From Clostridia bacterium (GTDB lineage Bacteria; Bacillota; Clostridia; JAAYHZ01): a stretch of 64,000 bases of DNA. Position 1 is the first letter of the stretch. Every line of letters starts with the position of its first letter. The position numbers were made by a program, and so were the translations under genes. The DNA lies in NCBI GenBank assembly GCA_050950825.1, contig JBMNIH010000003.1:288001-352000 (forward strand), written 5' to 3'. The notes beneath the pieces were generated by a model, which saw only the letters and a program-made list of their open reading frames with translations, had not been told where the DNA came from and ran no database searches. Of the stretch, positions 29,158 through 42,567 are shown in pieces.

Positions 29158-29721
29158 TTATTTATTTTCATCCTCTTTGTATCGGTTGTAAAACAGCATG
29201 GATTCCAAAGGTTTTCTTTTTTTGGTACCTTCCTTTTGCCCTCCCTTTTCATAACCGAGGGTGCAAAGCAAGCCGATCCTTCTGTTTTTCGGAATACCCA
29301 AAAGCTCCTTTATTTTGCTTTCGTTAAAATACCCGATGATACAGGTACCTAAACCCAGCGCAGCGGCTTGCAAGCAGAAATGACCCATGGCCAAACCGGT
29401 ATCAATATGGTTATAATCCCTGTCCGTCAACATGGACCCGATGGACGATTGGATATTGGTTTTCTCCATCACTTGGACAACAATCACCGGCGCCGTTCGA
29501 ACGAACTTGTTCATGCTTCCCACGGGAGGCACGCACTGCTCCGCTACCTTTTGTACCAAATCCCGGTCCTCCACCACGATAAAAGACCAAGGCTGGGAGT
29601 TGCATGCGGAAGGAGCCAACCTTGCCGCCTCGATACACTTTTCGATTAACGATGGATCCGGCTTTTTATCTTCATATTGTCGTACGCTTTTTCTTAATCG
29701 AACTAAAGTTTCAAAATCCAT
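29158..29721 (-). CDS. Nitroreductase family protein
   Basis: RKSVRQY, ARLAPSACNSQPW, GLGTCIIG. Confidence 0.92.
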   Translation of the reverse strand: MDFETLVRLRKSVRQYEDKKPDPSLIEKCIEAARLAPSACNSQPWSFIVVEDRDLVQKVAEQCVPPVGSMNKFVRTAPVIVVQVMEKTNIQSSIGSMLTDRDYNHIDTGLAMGHFCLQAAALGLGTCIIGYFNESKIKELLGIPKNRRIGLLCTLGYEKGGQKEGTKKRKPLESMLFYNRYKEDENK

Positions 29722-29764
29722 ACCTGCACCTCCGTTTAACTGTCGTATCTTTATTATCTTACCC

Positions 29765-31162
29765 TTACTCCGGCTTTATTTCAACCTCGGAAATCCACAC
29801 AAAGTCCACATTTAAACGGTAGGACAAGTCTTTGTACTCTTCCATGCCGGTCAGATGAACGAAAACAGATCCCGATTGCTCCTCTAAATCCCATTTTTCT
29901 TCATAAGCGGACTGGCTTACGCCCGTATACTTTCCTAACAAGCCCTTTCTCACATCGAAGGTAGGATCCACACGCAATACGTATTCTAGGCTTTCCGGCA
30001 GAATCTTTTTCGCGTCAAAATCCATTCGAATACAAGGATATTCATTGAAGTCCTCCGGAAGTACGGAGCTTCCTTTCGGAACCAAGGCGGCGGATTTTAC
30101 GGTTACGGTGTGGTCTCCCAGGTCAAAGGCTTCCCGGATATCCGTCGTCCGGCCTTCCTTCGGCATCTTCATCTTAAATTCTTTCTCCAAGCTTCGTTTA
30201 TAAAATACATAGGGGACGAAAACCGTTAAATGATCTTTGTCTTCAGGTATGCTAAAGTAAAAGGTATTTCGTTCGGCATGATTTTTTTGTGCCGAATCTT
30301 GGTCCGGCAAATAGGTATGACCCTCCGAGTCCATGATTCGAACCGATTCGGAGAAAACATCCTTTTCGTCACTATAGGGAGCAAAACGGATATTTCGGAT
30401 ATCCTTCGGTGCAATCGTGCTCAATTGAAGCCGAACCGTCCGGCCCTCTCTTGTCATGTGGGCAAAGACATGAATATTTCCCATCACGGCGAAATTTCCC
30501 ATATCTTCGAGCTCGGATCCGGTAAAAGCTTCCGTCAATGCGACGGTTAATTCCTGTTCGAAGCCGTCTAAAGCAAATGTAATCCGGTCTTGACGGGATA
30601 CTTCATCCGGCAGGTCGTAATAGGCGGTAAGTGAATAGGTACCGTCTGCGGGATCCGCCCCGGTTAAGATAGAGCTCACCGAAGCAATTTTCGTTTCTCC
30701 GTAGAGAATCGAAAGCTTCGGATTGATTTCCCCGGAATGGAACTTCAAAAGATCCTTTCCCGTAATGTCCGACAAGCCTACATTCGTTTTCACATATACC
30801 GTCATGCGATTTCCTTGCAAAACAACGGTGCCGATGGTGACGTATTCTTTTCCTACCTTTCGGGTTACGGGTTCAGCCAATACTTTTACCGGTATGCCGT
30901 TTTCTTCGTTTTCAACTACACCAATGCCGGGTATGAAGGAAAATATCCTTTTACACAACGCATTGACCGGGCTCCCGGGTATAAATACCGACAAAAGTGA
31001 CACAAGCAAAAGTATGGCTGCAACGCTTTTTACTCCTTGTACGATTCGATATCTTTGTATTTTTCTTTTCGCTTTTCGAACCGCAGCAGACTTTAATTGA
31101 TCTTCAACCGAATAATTTTTCGGGTCCGTTTTTTCGGTAAACCGGTCCAAATGTCGATCCAT
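29765..31162 (-). CDS. Single-pass membrane protein, putative anti-sigma factor
   Basis: Basic N-terminus, one TM helix, large extracellular domain; overlaps the stop of the upstream ECF sigma gene. Confidence 0.6.
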   Translation of the reverse strand: MDRHLDRFTEKTDPKNYSVEDQLKSAAVRKAKRKIQRYRIVQGVKSVAAILLLVSLLSVFIPGSPVNALCKRIFSFIPGIGVVENEENGIPVKVLAEPVTRKVGKEYVTIGTVVLQGNRMTVYVKTNVGLSDITGKDLLKFHSGEINPKLSILYGETKIASVSSILTGADPADGTYSLTAYYDLPDEVSRQDRITFALDGFEQELTVALTEAFTGSELEDMGNFAVMGNIHVFAHMTREGRTVRLQLSTIAPKDIRNIRFAPYSDEKDVFSESVRIMDSEGHTYLPDQDSAQKNHAERNTFYFSIPEDKDHLTVFVPYVFYKRSLEKEFKMKMPKEGRTTDIREAFDLGDHTVTVKSAALVPKGSSVLPEDFNEYPCIRMDFDAKKILPESLEYVLRVDPTFDVRKGLLGKYTGVSQSAYEEKWDLEEQSGSVFVHLTGMEEYKDLSYRLNVDFVWISEVEIKPE

Positions 31163-31686
31163 TAGGATTCCTCCCTTTCCATGAATTCCTTCAGTTTTTC
31201 TCGTCCTCGTTGGATTCTTTTATACACGTTGTCGGCGGAAAGCTGCATCACAGAAGCTATATGCTCCACGCTTTCTCCCAAAACAAACCGTCTGTAAAAA
31301 ACTTCACCGTATTCCGGAGGAAGCTTTTGCAGCAGCTCCAATACGTCCAAATAATCTTCTTTTCTTTTCGGACCTTCGATGTTTAGGATGCTTTCAATGG
31401 GAACGGTAGCTAACAATTTTCTTTTTTTCCGAACGTAATCCGTTATGCATCCTTTGGCTAACAAAACCAGCCATGTTTTAAAAGAGGACTTTTTCTCGTC
31501 ATACCTTCGTATTTTTCTCCATACATGAAACAGAACGTCGCCGATGCATTCCTCCAAGTCTTCTTTATCGACAATACCGATATTTTTAGCCATGTACACC
31601 AGAAGGCCGCCGTAATGATTCATTAAGGCCGATATTCCTTTGTCCGATTCTTTTTTGAGCCATTCGACAATAATTCGATCTTCCAT
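31162..31686 (-). CDS. ECF sigma-70 family RNA polymerase sigma factor
   Basis: EDLEECIGDV, SFKTWL (region 2); SVEHIA...NVYKRIQRGREKL (region 4). Confidence 0.9.
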   Translation of the reverse strand: MEDRIIVEWLKKESDKGISALMNHYGGLLVYMAKNIGIVDKEDLEECIGDVLFHVWRKIRRYDEKKSSFKTWLVLLAKGCITDYVRKKRKLLATVPIESILNIEGPKRKEDYLDVLELLQKLPPEYGEVFYRRFVLGESVEHIASVMQLSADNVYKRIQRGREKLKEFMEREES

Positions 31687-31843
31687 AAATCCACCTTCCG
31701 ACTAATTATCCGAAGGAAAACCCGGTTATTGGACACGAGAAATAAATTTTTTTACCGAAAAAAACGAATATGAAAAAAACGGACCGAAATTCATCGATCC
31801 GTCTTGTTATATTCCTCATGAAGGTATTTGGCCTTTATTCGGA

Positions 31844-33190
<1,347 letters not shown>

Positions 33191-35140
33191 TTAATATTTT
33201 ACGATAGCCGTAAAATCTTTTACCTTCAGACTGGCGCCGCCCACCAATCCGCCGTCAATGTCGGACATTTCAAACAATTCCTTCGCATTATCCGGTTTCA
33301 CGCTTCCGCCGTATTGAATGATGATTTCATTGGCAACGGCTTCTCCGTACAATCCTTTAACGGTGTCACGAATGATGGCGCATACTTCGTTTGCTTGTTC
33401 GCTTGTTGCGGTCTTACCGGTACCGATGGCCCAGATGGGTTCATAGGCGATAACGGTATCTTTTACTTGTTCCGCGGTCAAGCCTAACAAAGCGATTTTG
33501 ACTTGGTATCTAACCAAATCTTCCGTAACTCCTTGCTCTCTTTGTGTTAAGGATTCGCCTACGCAAACAATGGGTTTCAAGCCGTATTTAAAAGCGGCGT
33601 GAACTTTCTTGTTCACCGTTTCGTCGGTTTCGGCAAAATATTGTCTTCTTTCGGAGTGACCGATAATCACGTATTCCACGCCCATTTCTTTTAGCATAGG
33701 TCCGGATACTTCGCCGGTGAAGGCACCGCTTTCTTCAAAGTACATATTTTGAGCCGCAATCTTAATGTTACTGCCTTTCGCCGCTTCGATGGCTTTTTGC
33801 AAGCACACAAAGGGAACGGCGCATGCAACTTCCGCTTCCGCGTCCTTTAAGGTTTCTTTCAAAGCGGTGATGAATTCAAAGGTCTCATTGGGAGTTTTGT
33901 TCATCTTCCAGTTGCCGGCTATGAATTTCTTACGAGCTTTTTTTTTATCCATCAATGCGGCAATACCCGGCAGTTCGATTCCTTCCAAGAATTCCAAAGA
34001 TGCGCCGCCGCCGGTAGAAATATGGGTAATTTTATCGGCAAAGCCTAATTGTTCAACGGCTGCAGCCGAGTCTCCCCCGCCGATAATGGAAATGGCATCG
34101 GATTCAGCCACCAAGCTTGCAACGGCTTTCGTGCCTTCCGCAAAGTTGGGCATTTCGAATACGCCCATAGGACCGTTCCAAATAATGGTTCCTGCAGGCT
34201 TAATGTATTTTGCGAAAAGATCAACGGTGGCGCTGTCGATATCCAATCCCATCCAATCGTCCGGAATGCTGCCTTGGAATTCTTTGATTTCCGTATCGTT
34301 CTTAAATTCCTTCGCCGCTTTGCAGCCTAAAGGCAGAACCAAATTAACGCCTTTTTGTTTCGCTTCTTCAACCAAGCTTTTTGCCAATTCCAATTTGTCA
34401 TCTTCGCAAATGGATTTACCGATGTTTCTGCCCAACGCTCTTTCAAAGGTATAGGCCATTCCTCCGCCGATTAAGATGGTATCCACTTTATCCAACAAAT
34501 TTCGAATAACGCCAATCTTATCCGATACCTTGGCACCGCCCATAATGGCTACAAAAGGTCTCTTCGGTTTTTCCAAAGCTTTGCCCATTACGGCAATTTC
34601 TTTTTCAATTAAGAAGCCGCAAACGGCGGGAAGATAATCGGCAATACCGGTAGTCGAAGCATGGGCTCTGTGAGCCGTACCGAAAGCGTCGTTGACATAA
34701 ATATCGGCCATAGAGGCTAATTTCTTGCAGAATTCCGGATCGTTTTCTTCTTCTTCCTTATGGAAGCGAACGTTTTCCAGCATAAGGACTTCGCCTTCCT
34801 TTAAAGCGCTCGCTTTCGCGAAAGCATCCTCGCCGACAACATCTTTCGCTAAGATAACTTCTTGTCCTAAAAGCTCCGATAAACGAACGGCCGTAGGCTT
34901 TAAGCTGTACTTATCCGTAAATTTTCCCTTCGGTCTTCCTAAGTGAGACATAATAATGACCTTCGCCTTGTTGTCAACAAGGTATTTGATAGTAGGAACG
35001 GCGCTTCGGATTCGTTTATCGTCGGTAATATTCAATTCGTCATCCAATGGAACGTTAAAATCAACACGTACTATGACTTTTTTACCCGCAACATCAATAT
35101 CCTTAACGCTCATCTTATTAAAAGCTGACATATCTTTCAC
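33191..35140 (-). CDS. pgk-tpi: Bifunctional phosphoglycerate kinase / triosephosphate isomerase fusion
   Basis: PGK motifs ([28 protein letters not shown]) fused in frame to TPI motifs ([31 protein letters not shown]). Confidence 0.95.
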   Translation of the reverse strand: MKDMSAFNKMSVKDIDVAGKKVIVRVDFNVPLDDELNITDDKRIRSAVPTIKYLVDNKAKVIIMSHLGRPKGKFTDKYSLKPTAVRLSELLGQEVILAKDVVGEDAFAKASALKEGEVLMLENVRFHKEEEENDPEFCKKLASMADIYVNDAFGTAHRAHASTTGIADYLPAVCGFLIEKEIAVMGKALEKPKRPFVAIMGGAKVSDKIGVIRNLLDKVDTILIGGGMAYTFERALGRNIGKSICEDDKLELAKSLVEEAKQKGVNLVLPLGCKAAKEFKNDTEIKEFQGSIPDDWMGLDIDSATVDLFAKYIKPAGTIIWNGPMGVFEMPNFAEGTKAVASLVAESDAISIIGGGDSAAAVEQLGFADKITHISTGGGASLEFLEGIELPGIAALMDKKKARKKFIAGNWKMNKTPNETFEFITALKETLKDAEAEVACAVPFVCLQKAIEAAKGSNIKIAAQNMYFEESGAFTGEVSGPMLKEMGVEYVIIGHSERRQYFAETDETVNKKVHAAFKYGLKPIVCVGESLTQREQGVTEDLVRYQVKIALLGLTAEQVKDTVIAYEPIWAIGTGKTATSEQANEVCAIIRDTVKGLYGEAVANEIIIQYGGSVKPDNAKELFEMSDIDGGLVGGASLKVKDFTAIVKY

Positions 35141-35186
35141 TCCATTTATATAAATTTCAACAAGGAATCGATTTTATTAAATACTC

Positions 35187-35212
35187 AAAAGACCCGGAAT
35201 CTCCGGGTCTTT
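35187..35212 (-). terminator. Stem-loop between gap and pgk-tpi (terminator or stabiliser)
   Basis: AAAGACCCGGA-ATC-TCCGGGTCTTT. Confidence 0.65.
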
Positions 35213-35278
35213 GATTACAATTTTGATCAATGAAAGTTTCCCGGCAATACAATTGAACACGGGCAAAACGATTCAAAC

Positions 35279-36307
<1,029 letters not shown>

Positions 36308-36460
36308 CTATGTAAAGTACTAGCTAATATTGTATACAAATTTGCTCAATTGATACACTGGTTTTGCATAAAAATCCGCTTAATATCGGATTATGCCATA
36401 TGTATTTTATACCAACAGCGAAAGATTTTCAATGATTTTTGTTGTTTTTATAACAAAGAT

Positions 36461-38422
36461 CTATTGAATTACGTACTTCAGCAGAACAAAGGATCTCGGT
36501 TTGCTCATGGATATTTCCAAACCTTCTTGATTATAGGAAAACTTCGCATCGCCGTCACTGCACAATTCTTCAAAGCATAAAGTCGCATCGCCGATTCCGT
36601 GAAGAGCATATCGGAAGCAATCCTCCTTGCTGTTTTCTCTGAATAGCAAAAGGTATCCCGAATCCTCCAATACACACTGGAATCCCGTCCATGAATAACC
36701 GTCGGGACGATTCCCGATAGGAAGGATCACCCCTTTATCCAAATCCTTTCGTATGCTCTTATGGATTTCCAACATTTTGTTATACGTGCTCACGGTTTCT
36801 TCTTTTAAGCCGGAGCTTTCAAACCAACCTAAAGGATTGGCAAACATGGTTACGGCGAAAATATATTCCGCGGAATAGCTCCAAGGTGCCAATTCCGTTA
36901 CGTCCTCATACTTATCTTTATTCAAGAGGGGGTTTACGTACTCGATTTGCAGGAATTGAGGAGGAACGGTAAAAGACAAATTCCATAAGTTTCTTAGAGT
37001 ACTGTGGGGGAAATAGGATTTGAAGGCGGTATAGCGGTTTTCCAAGAAAATACCGCCGTACTCGAGAAACATAAAGTAGCCGCCCCGGGCATCCGCCGTC
37101 ACATCCAAGTTAAAGGTAATTTCACCGCCGCTTTTTTCTCTTAAAATGCGCATCATTTCTTCAAAGTTTTCTTCCGCTTCCTTGCTTCGGTTTTGGAAAG
37201 CGTCCAGCTTGAAGCATTTGATGTCATATTCCTTATACATCCTGAAAAGAATTTCCGCCGCTTCCTCCACGTTTCGGTACAGCCGATTGCGGTCGGGAGC
37301 AAACCATAAGCAAAGCTCCACTCCTTTTTCTTTCGCTCTTTGGGCTACGTTTTTGAAGCCTTCCGGGAACTTGGATTCGTCAATGGACCAGTATTCGGAA
37401 AAATCGAAGGCTTCGTTCCAAACCACCCGCACCAGTCGAGATCCTTTTTGCCATCCGTCGTCAATTTGGTATTGCTCGGCGCCGATACGTGCGGCGGCAT
37501 CAATTTCATCCAAGATAAATTTTTCGCTTACATGCTCGTAGAAGGTGCGGTCTCCCCAAGGATTGATCATAGTGTAATATTTTCGTTTTCCTCCTTGGGA
37601 AAAACGGGTTTTAAGGTATTCATGGATTTTCATGTACCCTATGCTCGGATCGGTGTTAAAAACGCCTACAACGGCGGAATAGGTTTTTTGGTACCGATCG
37701 TCCCGGATTTCCACGGGCATGATGCCCCAGCTTAAAACGTCAATCCCGCAGTCATCAAAATGAAAGCTTCCCTTTGTTTCCGGACGCTCATCCATGGTGG
37801 CGGGGGCTTCCTTGATGATATAAAAGCCTTGCTTGTCCTTCTCACGAAAGCTTAAGAGGACATTTCCGGGGACAAATCCTTCTTGGGCATTTAATACTTC
37901 GATTAACTCGGTTTTCCGGTCGGTGCGTGTCCAATAGTTGTAAACGGTTGTGTCATATTCTTTATATTCCACACCGATACGTTCGATCCAATTGTATCGA
38001 GCGTCAAACAAGACTTCGCCGTAAGGCATGTTATGGCTTTTCACCCGACAATAGGTACGAATGGCGGAGGTGCCTTCGTACAACACGGCACAGCGTTCTA
38101 TAGATACGCCATGGAAAGGATCTTCCAAATGGAAGCAAACCTCCATTCGAGCCGAAGTGTAGAAATCCGCAGGATATTCTTTTTTTACTACATCCTTCAG
38201 CCGAAAATGATAAGGATTGTCTTTTACCATTTTCCTGTTGTAAGTCAATCCTTCATAACCGAATTCATTTTCAAAGGGCTCTTTTACGACATATTCGCAT
38301 CCTGTGGTCTTATCCAATAAGGAAACGGTATGAAGGAATTTACCGTCATAAACCCAGGTCCGTTCGATAAAAGAATTCCCTAACCGATATCGATTTTGAT
38401 CTTCTACAAAATAAGTATTCAT
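36461..38422 (-). CDS. Alpha-galactosidase-like glycoside hydrolase (GH36-like)
   Basis: NPWGD, QIDDGWQ, KFPEGF, LWFAP, FKLD motifs; start set at MNTYF. Confidence 0.75.
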   Translation of the reverse strand: MNTYFVEDQNRYRLGNSFIERTWVYDGKFLHTVSLLDKTTGCEYVVKEPFENEFGYEGLTYNRKMVKDNPYHFRLKDVVKKEYPADFYTSARMEVCFHLEDPFHGVSIERCAVLYEGTSAIRTYCRVKSHNMPYGEVLFDARYNWIERIGVEYKEYDTTVYNYWTRTDRKTELIEVLNAQEGFVPGNVLLSFREKDKQGFYIIKEAPATMDERPETKGSFHFDDCGIDVLSWGIMPVEIRDDRYQKTYSAVVGVFNTDPSIGYMKIHEYLKTRFSQGGKRKYYTMINPWGDRTFYEHVSEKFILDEIDAAARIGAEQYQIDDGWQKGSRLVRVVWNEAFDFSEYWSIDESKFPEGFKNVAQRAKEKGVELCLWFAPDRNRLYRNVEEAAEILFRMYKEYDIKCFKLDAFQNRSKEAEENFEEMMRILREKSGGEITFNLDVTADARGGYFMFLEYGGIFLENRYTAFKSYFPHSTLRNLWNLSFTVPPQFLQIEYVNPLLNKDKYEDVTELAPWSYSAEYIFAVTMFANPLGWFESSGLKEETVSTYNKMLEIHKSIRKDLDKGVILPIGNRPDGYSWTGFQCVLEDSGYLLLFRENSKEDCFRYALHGIGDATLCFEELCSDGDAKFSYNQEGLEISMSKPRSFVLLKYVIQ

Positions 38423-38428
38423 GCCCCC

Positions 38429-38457
38429 ATTATATCGAATGGCATATTTATTGACAA
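38429..38457 (-). promoter_or_regulatory. Sigma-A promoter 6 nt upstream of the GH36 start codon
   Basis: TTGTCA-N17-TATAAT-GGGGGC-ATG on the minus strand. Confidence 0.65.
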
Positions 38458-38459
38458 GA

Positions 38460-38496
38460 TAAAACCGCCTGCAGTTTAACACTACAGGCGGTTTTT
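38460..38496 (-). terminator. Intrinsic terminator
   Basis: AAAACCGCCTG...CAGGCGGTTTTT. Confidence 0.75.
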
Positions 38497-38514
38497 GTCT
38501 TTTTACCCTTAAGC

Positions 38515-40320
38515 TTATCGAAGCGTGAATTTTTCACCGGGATCGTAATCCTTAAAGTCCGGATTGTTGTAAATTTCGTCGACCAATGTCTTTAATCCGG
38601 CGTCATAGAGCCTGTCAATATATTCGCTCCATTCCGTGTTAAAGTCCGCTATTTGCCCGTTTAAAGCCCGATTTTTAAAGTCGTTGACTACGGTATTGAT
38701 TTCACTGTTCAATTCGTTGTTCAGCTCGTTAAATTGCTTCCAAAGGTCGGTTCCCATGTAAACTTCGGAGCGATACTTTTTCGGATTCAAGGCATACTTT
38801 TCGAACAGGTCGTTTGCATGCATATATGCCATGTAGGACCAGTAGCCGTGCTCCGTTGCGTTTCGGATTTGGCCTTCGATGGCGGAAGGATAAACGAATA
38901 GTGAATATACGTTGGTTTGACCTCGATATTCCTCGGGCAGCTCTGCCGTCGGTGTGGCAATCATGTTGCTGATATACGGTTCTCCCGCCCATTTCCAGTG
39001 TATTCCTTCGATACCGTATTTGTATCTGTTATAATTATCTTGGCTGCTGAAGACTGTATACTGCATCATTTGAAGAATTCTCTTCAGTTTTCCGTCATCC
39101 ACCTGTTGTCCTACCATATTCACTCTCCATTTGCCTTCGCCGAAGGGGTCGATGTTGTAAGTCATATCCACCAATTTGCCGTCCGGTCCTCTAAACATGG
39201 GACCTATCACGAAACGCGCATCCTCGTCGGTGGTAAGCAGGATGTTTTGCGGAGGATAAACGCGGTAGGTATCGCTGTTCAAAGAAAGATAGCCGCCTCC
39301 GTTTACTTGTATGATGCCTACCTTGTTGGTAGCGGATATGGCTTGGTATTCCGCCGTCCACGTTTCTTGGCCGGGAAGTCTTCTCATGTATCCTTTGTTC
39401 AGCATTTCCGATACCCAAGCCAAATAATCGCGGTAAGGCGTGTACGCATATTTCGGCACCACATCTTTTGTCGTGGGATCCAAGTACAAATAGTTAAGGT
39501 CATGGACAAATCCGAAAAGACCTTCTTGGGTCATGTTGGTCCATGCCGATTCGGGAAGATACATCATGCCGTAGGTATCGTCCTCCCCGTTTCCGTCCGG
39601 ATCGTCTTCGGTAAATGCTCTCATTATCTCTTTCATATCATCGAAAGAAAAGTTGCCTTCGGTAAAATAGATGTTGTCGTTATATTTTTCATAGCCTTCC
39701 ACGGTCATTTTAACCGGTACCATTTTATCTTCGTCAAGTTCAAATCCCACCGCCTGTAGCCAATCCAAATTGATGCAGGTAGCGTCATAAAAATATTGGC
39801 ATCCTGAGATATTGACCGTCGTAATGCCCAAGTATTCGTCCGTTGTATTCGGAACCAGATTGTAGCTTAATCCGATGGGAATGCTGCTGATCAGTTCATA
39901 ATAGCCGGGCAAATAATCTTGAAACATCTTGACGTTAATGGACCGTATGAGATTTTCTTTGTACATGTCCACAGGCTCTCGGGGAGCTCCCGGCATGTAA
40001 AAGAAGTCCGGAATGTCGCCGGCTGCAACCAACGCCGCCATGCCTTCCGTATCTCTTGAATCCATAGCCCAGCACTGCAAATCCACATTAAACTTTTCTT
40101 CCAGCTCCACTTCATCCCAGCGTCCGTCACGGTAATCCGCATTTAATTGGGTTAACCATGTGATTTCGTAGAATTGTTCAAAGGGATTTGCTTCGGTCGT
40201 TGTTCCGGTTCCTGTACCCGTGGTACCGGTCGTCGTTTTCGGGTCTTCCTCTCCCCTTCTGCAAGCACCGAAAGCCAAAACAACCGCAACCGCCAAAAAA
40301 ATACATATGAGTTTCTTCAT
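38515..40320 (-). CDS. Solute-binding lipoprotein, subfamily B paralogue 1
   Basis: MKKLIC..FGAC lipobox, AAGDIPD, INLDWL, DPDGNGEDDT, YGIEGIHW; GGAG RBS. Confidence 0.8.
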   Translation of the reverse strand: MKKLICIFLAVAVVLAFGACRRGEEDPKTTTGTTGTGTGTTTEANPFEQFYEITWLTQLNADYRDGRWDEVELEEKFNVDLQCWAMDSRDTEGMAALVAAGDIPDFFYMPGAPREPVDMYKENLIRSINVKMFQDYLPGYYELISSIPIGLSYNLVPNTTDEYLGITTVNISGCQYFYDATCINLDWLQAVGFELDEDKMVPVKMTVEGYEKYNDNIYFTEGNFSFDDMKEIMRAFTEDDPDGNGEDDTYGMMYLPESAWTNMTQEGLFGFVHDLNYLYLDPTTKDVVPKYAYTPYRDYLAWVSEMLNKGYMRRLPGQETWTAEYQAISATNKVGIIQVNGGGYLSLNSDTYRVYPPQNILLTTDEDARFVIGPMFRGPDGKLVDMTYNIDPFGEGKWRVNMVGQQVDDGKLKRILQMMQYTVFSSQDNYNRYKYGIEGIHWKWAGEPYISNMIATPTAELPEEYRGQTNVYSLFVYPSAIEGQIRNATEHGYWSYMAYMHANDLFEKYALNPKKYRSEVYMGTDLWKQFNELNNELNSEINTVVNDFKNRALNGQIADFNTEWSEYIDRLYDAGLKTLVDEIYNNPDFKDYDPGEKFTLR

Positions 40321-40506
40321 ATCCTCTCCACTCCTTGATTTTTTCGTTCCATCGGTTATGCAAAGACATAAGCCGGAGGAATGACATAATGAATATACAC
40401 TTTGTCCATTTATATTCCGGGACAACTTGTTTTAGAACAAGGAGGAAAGGTAAATATGTAGAGAAAGACCGCCTGTACGGCGGCGATACCGGCGGTTTTT
40501 AGGCAC

Positions 40507-40535
40507 AAAAAAGGGCTGTCCTTTTACGGACAGCC
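40507..40535 (-). terminator. Intrinsic terminator
   Basis: GGCTGTCC hairpin with a T tract on the minus strand. Confidence 0.7.
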
Positions 40536-40552
40536 TCGGTATATAACCATCA

Positions 40553-42349
40553 TTATCTGAGTGTAAACTTTTCACCCGGATCGTAGAATTCGAATTCGGG
40601 ATTGTTGTAGTACTTGTCGATCATGGTCTGCAATCCGTTAGCATACAATTGATCGATGTACTGTTGCCATTCTTGGTTGAAGTTGGAGATCTGGCCGTTC
40701 AATGCACGGTTCTTGAAGTCGTTGATGATAGGATTCAATTGCGTATTGGTTTCAGCTCTATCTTCAGAGAATTGTCTCCACAGCTCTGTTCCCATATACG
40801 TTTCGGATGTGTACTTCACAGGATTCAAAGCATACTTTTCAAACAATCCGTTTGCATGCATGTAAGCCATGTAAGACCAGTATCCGTACTTCGTTGCGTT
40901 TTCGATTTGCTGCTTAATGGTAGGAGGATAATACCACAAATCGAATACGTTTTTGGTTTGTTGTCTGTATTCTTCGGGAAGGTCATTCAAAGAAGTTGCC
41001 AATCTTGCACTGACATAAGGCTCTCCTGCCCATTTCCAGTGAATTCCTTCAATACCATATTTGAATTTGATCCAGTTGTCTTCGTTGCTGAATGTGGTGT
41101 ACTGCAGGATTCTGCAGATTCTTTCCATCTTCGCATCGTCGACCTGAGCACCGAACATTTGCACTCTGTAGGTTCCTACGCCGTAGGGGTCGATATTGTA
41201 GGTCATATCAACCAAAATGCCTTCAGGACCTCTGAACATCGGACCAATGACAAAGCGTGCATCTTCATCGGTGGCAAGCAAGATGTTTTGAGGAGGATAT
41301 ACTCTGTAGGTATCGCTGTTCAAAGACAAGTATCCGCCTCCGTTAACACCGTAAATACCGTATTTATTGGTAGAGGACAGAGCTTGGTATTCGGCAGTCC
41401 ATGCTTCTTTACCGGGAAGCTTTTGCATGTAACCTTTGGTCAGCATTTCCGATACCCATGCTAAGTAGTCTCTGTACGGTGTATAAGCGTACTTCGGAAC
41501 GATATTGCCGGTAACGGGGTCTTTGTACAGGTAGTTCAGGTCATGAACAAATCCGAACAAACCTTCTTGGGTCATATTTGTCCATGCCGTTTCAATTAAG
41601 TATAAGAATCCGTAAGTGTCGTCAACGCCGTTTCCGTCCGGATCGTCTTCGGTGAACTTCCTCATGATGTCGTTCAGTTCTTCGAATGTGAAGTTACCTT
41701 CCGTGAAGAAGATGTTGTCGTTGTACTTTTCATAACCTTCGACGGTCATCTTAACCGGTACTAAAGACCCTTCGGGGAAGCTGTATCCGACGGCTTCCAA
41801 CCAATCCAAATTGATGCAGGTTGCATCATAGAAGTATTGGCATCCGGATATGTTGATGTGGGTAAATCCGAGATATTCGTCGGTTTTTCCCGGTACAAGG
41901 TTATACTTGAAGCCTACAGGAATCTTTTCCATGGCTTCTACAAAGCCCGGTACCCAATCTTTCATTTGTTGAAGAGTAATGGAGCGGATGACTCCTTCTT
42001 CGTATAAGCCTAACGGATCTCTAGGAGCTCCGGGCATAAAGAAGAAATCGGGAATGTCGCCTGCTGCTACCAATGCGGCCATTCTTTCGGTATTTCTACC
42101 GTCTTCAGGCCATACAACAAGGTCAACATTGAACAATTCTTCCAGTTCCTTCTCATCCCATCTGCCTTCCCTGTAGTCGGCATTGAGCTGAGTTAACCAG
42201 GTAATTTCGAAAAACTCTTCAAACGGATTTTCTTCTACCGTTGTAGTTCCCGTAGTACCGTCACCCTTTGGCTCTTTCTCGCCTTTTGTGCATGCTGCAA
42301 ACGACAGCAAGATAGCCAAAACCAATAAAAGACTTAAATACTTTTTCAT
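40553..42349 (-). CDS. Solute-binding lipoprotein, subfamily B paralogue 2
   Basis: Lipobox FAAC, same core motifs; AAGGAGG RBS; TGGACA-N18-TATAAT promoter at 42383-42412. Confidence 0.8.
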   Translation of the reverse strand: MKKYLSLLLVLAILLSFAACTKGEKEPKGDGTTGTTTVEENPFEEFFEITWLTQLNADYREGRWDEKELEELFNVDLVVWPEDGRNTERMAALVAAGDIPDFFFMPGAPRDPLGLYEEGVIRSITLQQMKDWVPGFVEAMEKIPVGFKYNLVPGKTDEYLGFTHINISGCQYFYDATCINLDWLEAVGYSFPEGSLVPVKMTVEGYEKYNDNIFFTEGNFTFEELNDIMRKFTEDDPDGNGVDDTYGFLYLIETAWTNMTQEGLFGFVHDLNYLYKDPVTGNIVPKYAYTPYRDYLAWVSEMLTKGYMQKLPGKEAWTAEYQALSSTNKYGIYGVNGGGYLSLNSDTYRVYPPQNILLATDEDARFVIGPMFRGPEGILVDMTYNIDPYGVGTYRVQMFGAQVDDAKMERICRILQYTTFSNEDNWIKFKYGIEGIHWKWAGEPYVSARLATSLNDLPEEYRQQTKNVFDLWYYPPTIKQQIENATKYGYWSYMAYMHANGLFEKYALNPVKYTSETYMGTELWRQFSEDRAETNTQLNPIINDFKNRALNGQISNFNQEWQQYIDQLYANGLQTMIDKYYNNPEFEFYDPGEKFTLR

Positions 42350-42401
42350 GTCACGCCTCCTTCATATATATTACTAATGAGGATTATAGCATAAATTATA
42401 T

Positions 42402-42567
42402 ATTAATGTCCAGATTATGAGAATACAATTTAACGATTTAACGTAAATAATAAAAGAAAATTAAAGAAATAGACATATCCCCTCGATATTGACAATATTT
42501 ATCATGTATATTTCCATGTTTTATAGCATGATCTTGCTATTTTATATCTTATATACTTTATCCCTTT
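42402..42567. repeat. 166-bp direct repeat (target duplication), left copy
   Basis: Matches 44604-44769; both copies abut the IS inverted repeats. Confidence 0.9.

Noticed and set aside
38917-41464. Long antisense ORFs (280 aa, 271 aa; also 51735-52409, 33765-34454, 61448-62086)
   Set aside because: Shadow frames opposite well-supported genes, explained by codon bias; no motifs or RBS.
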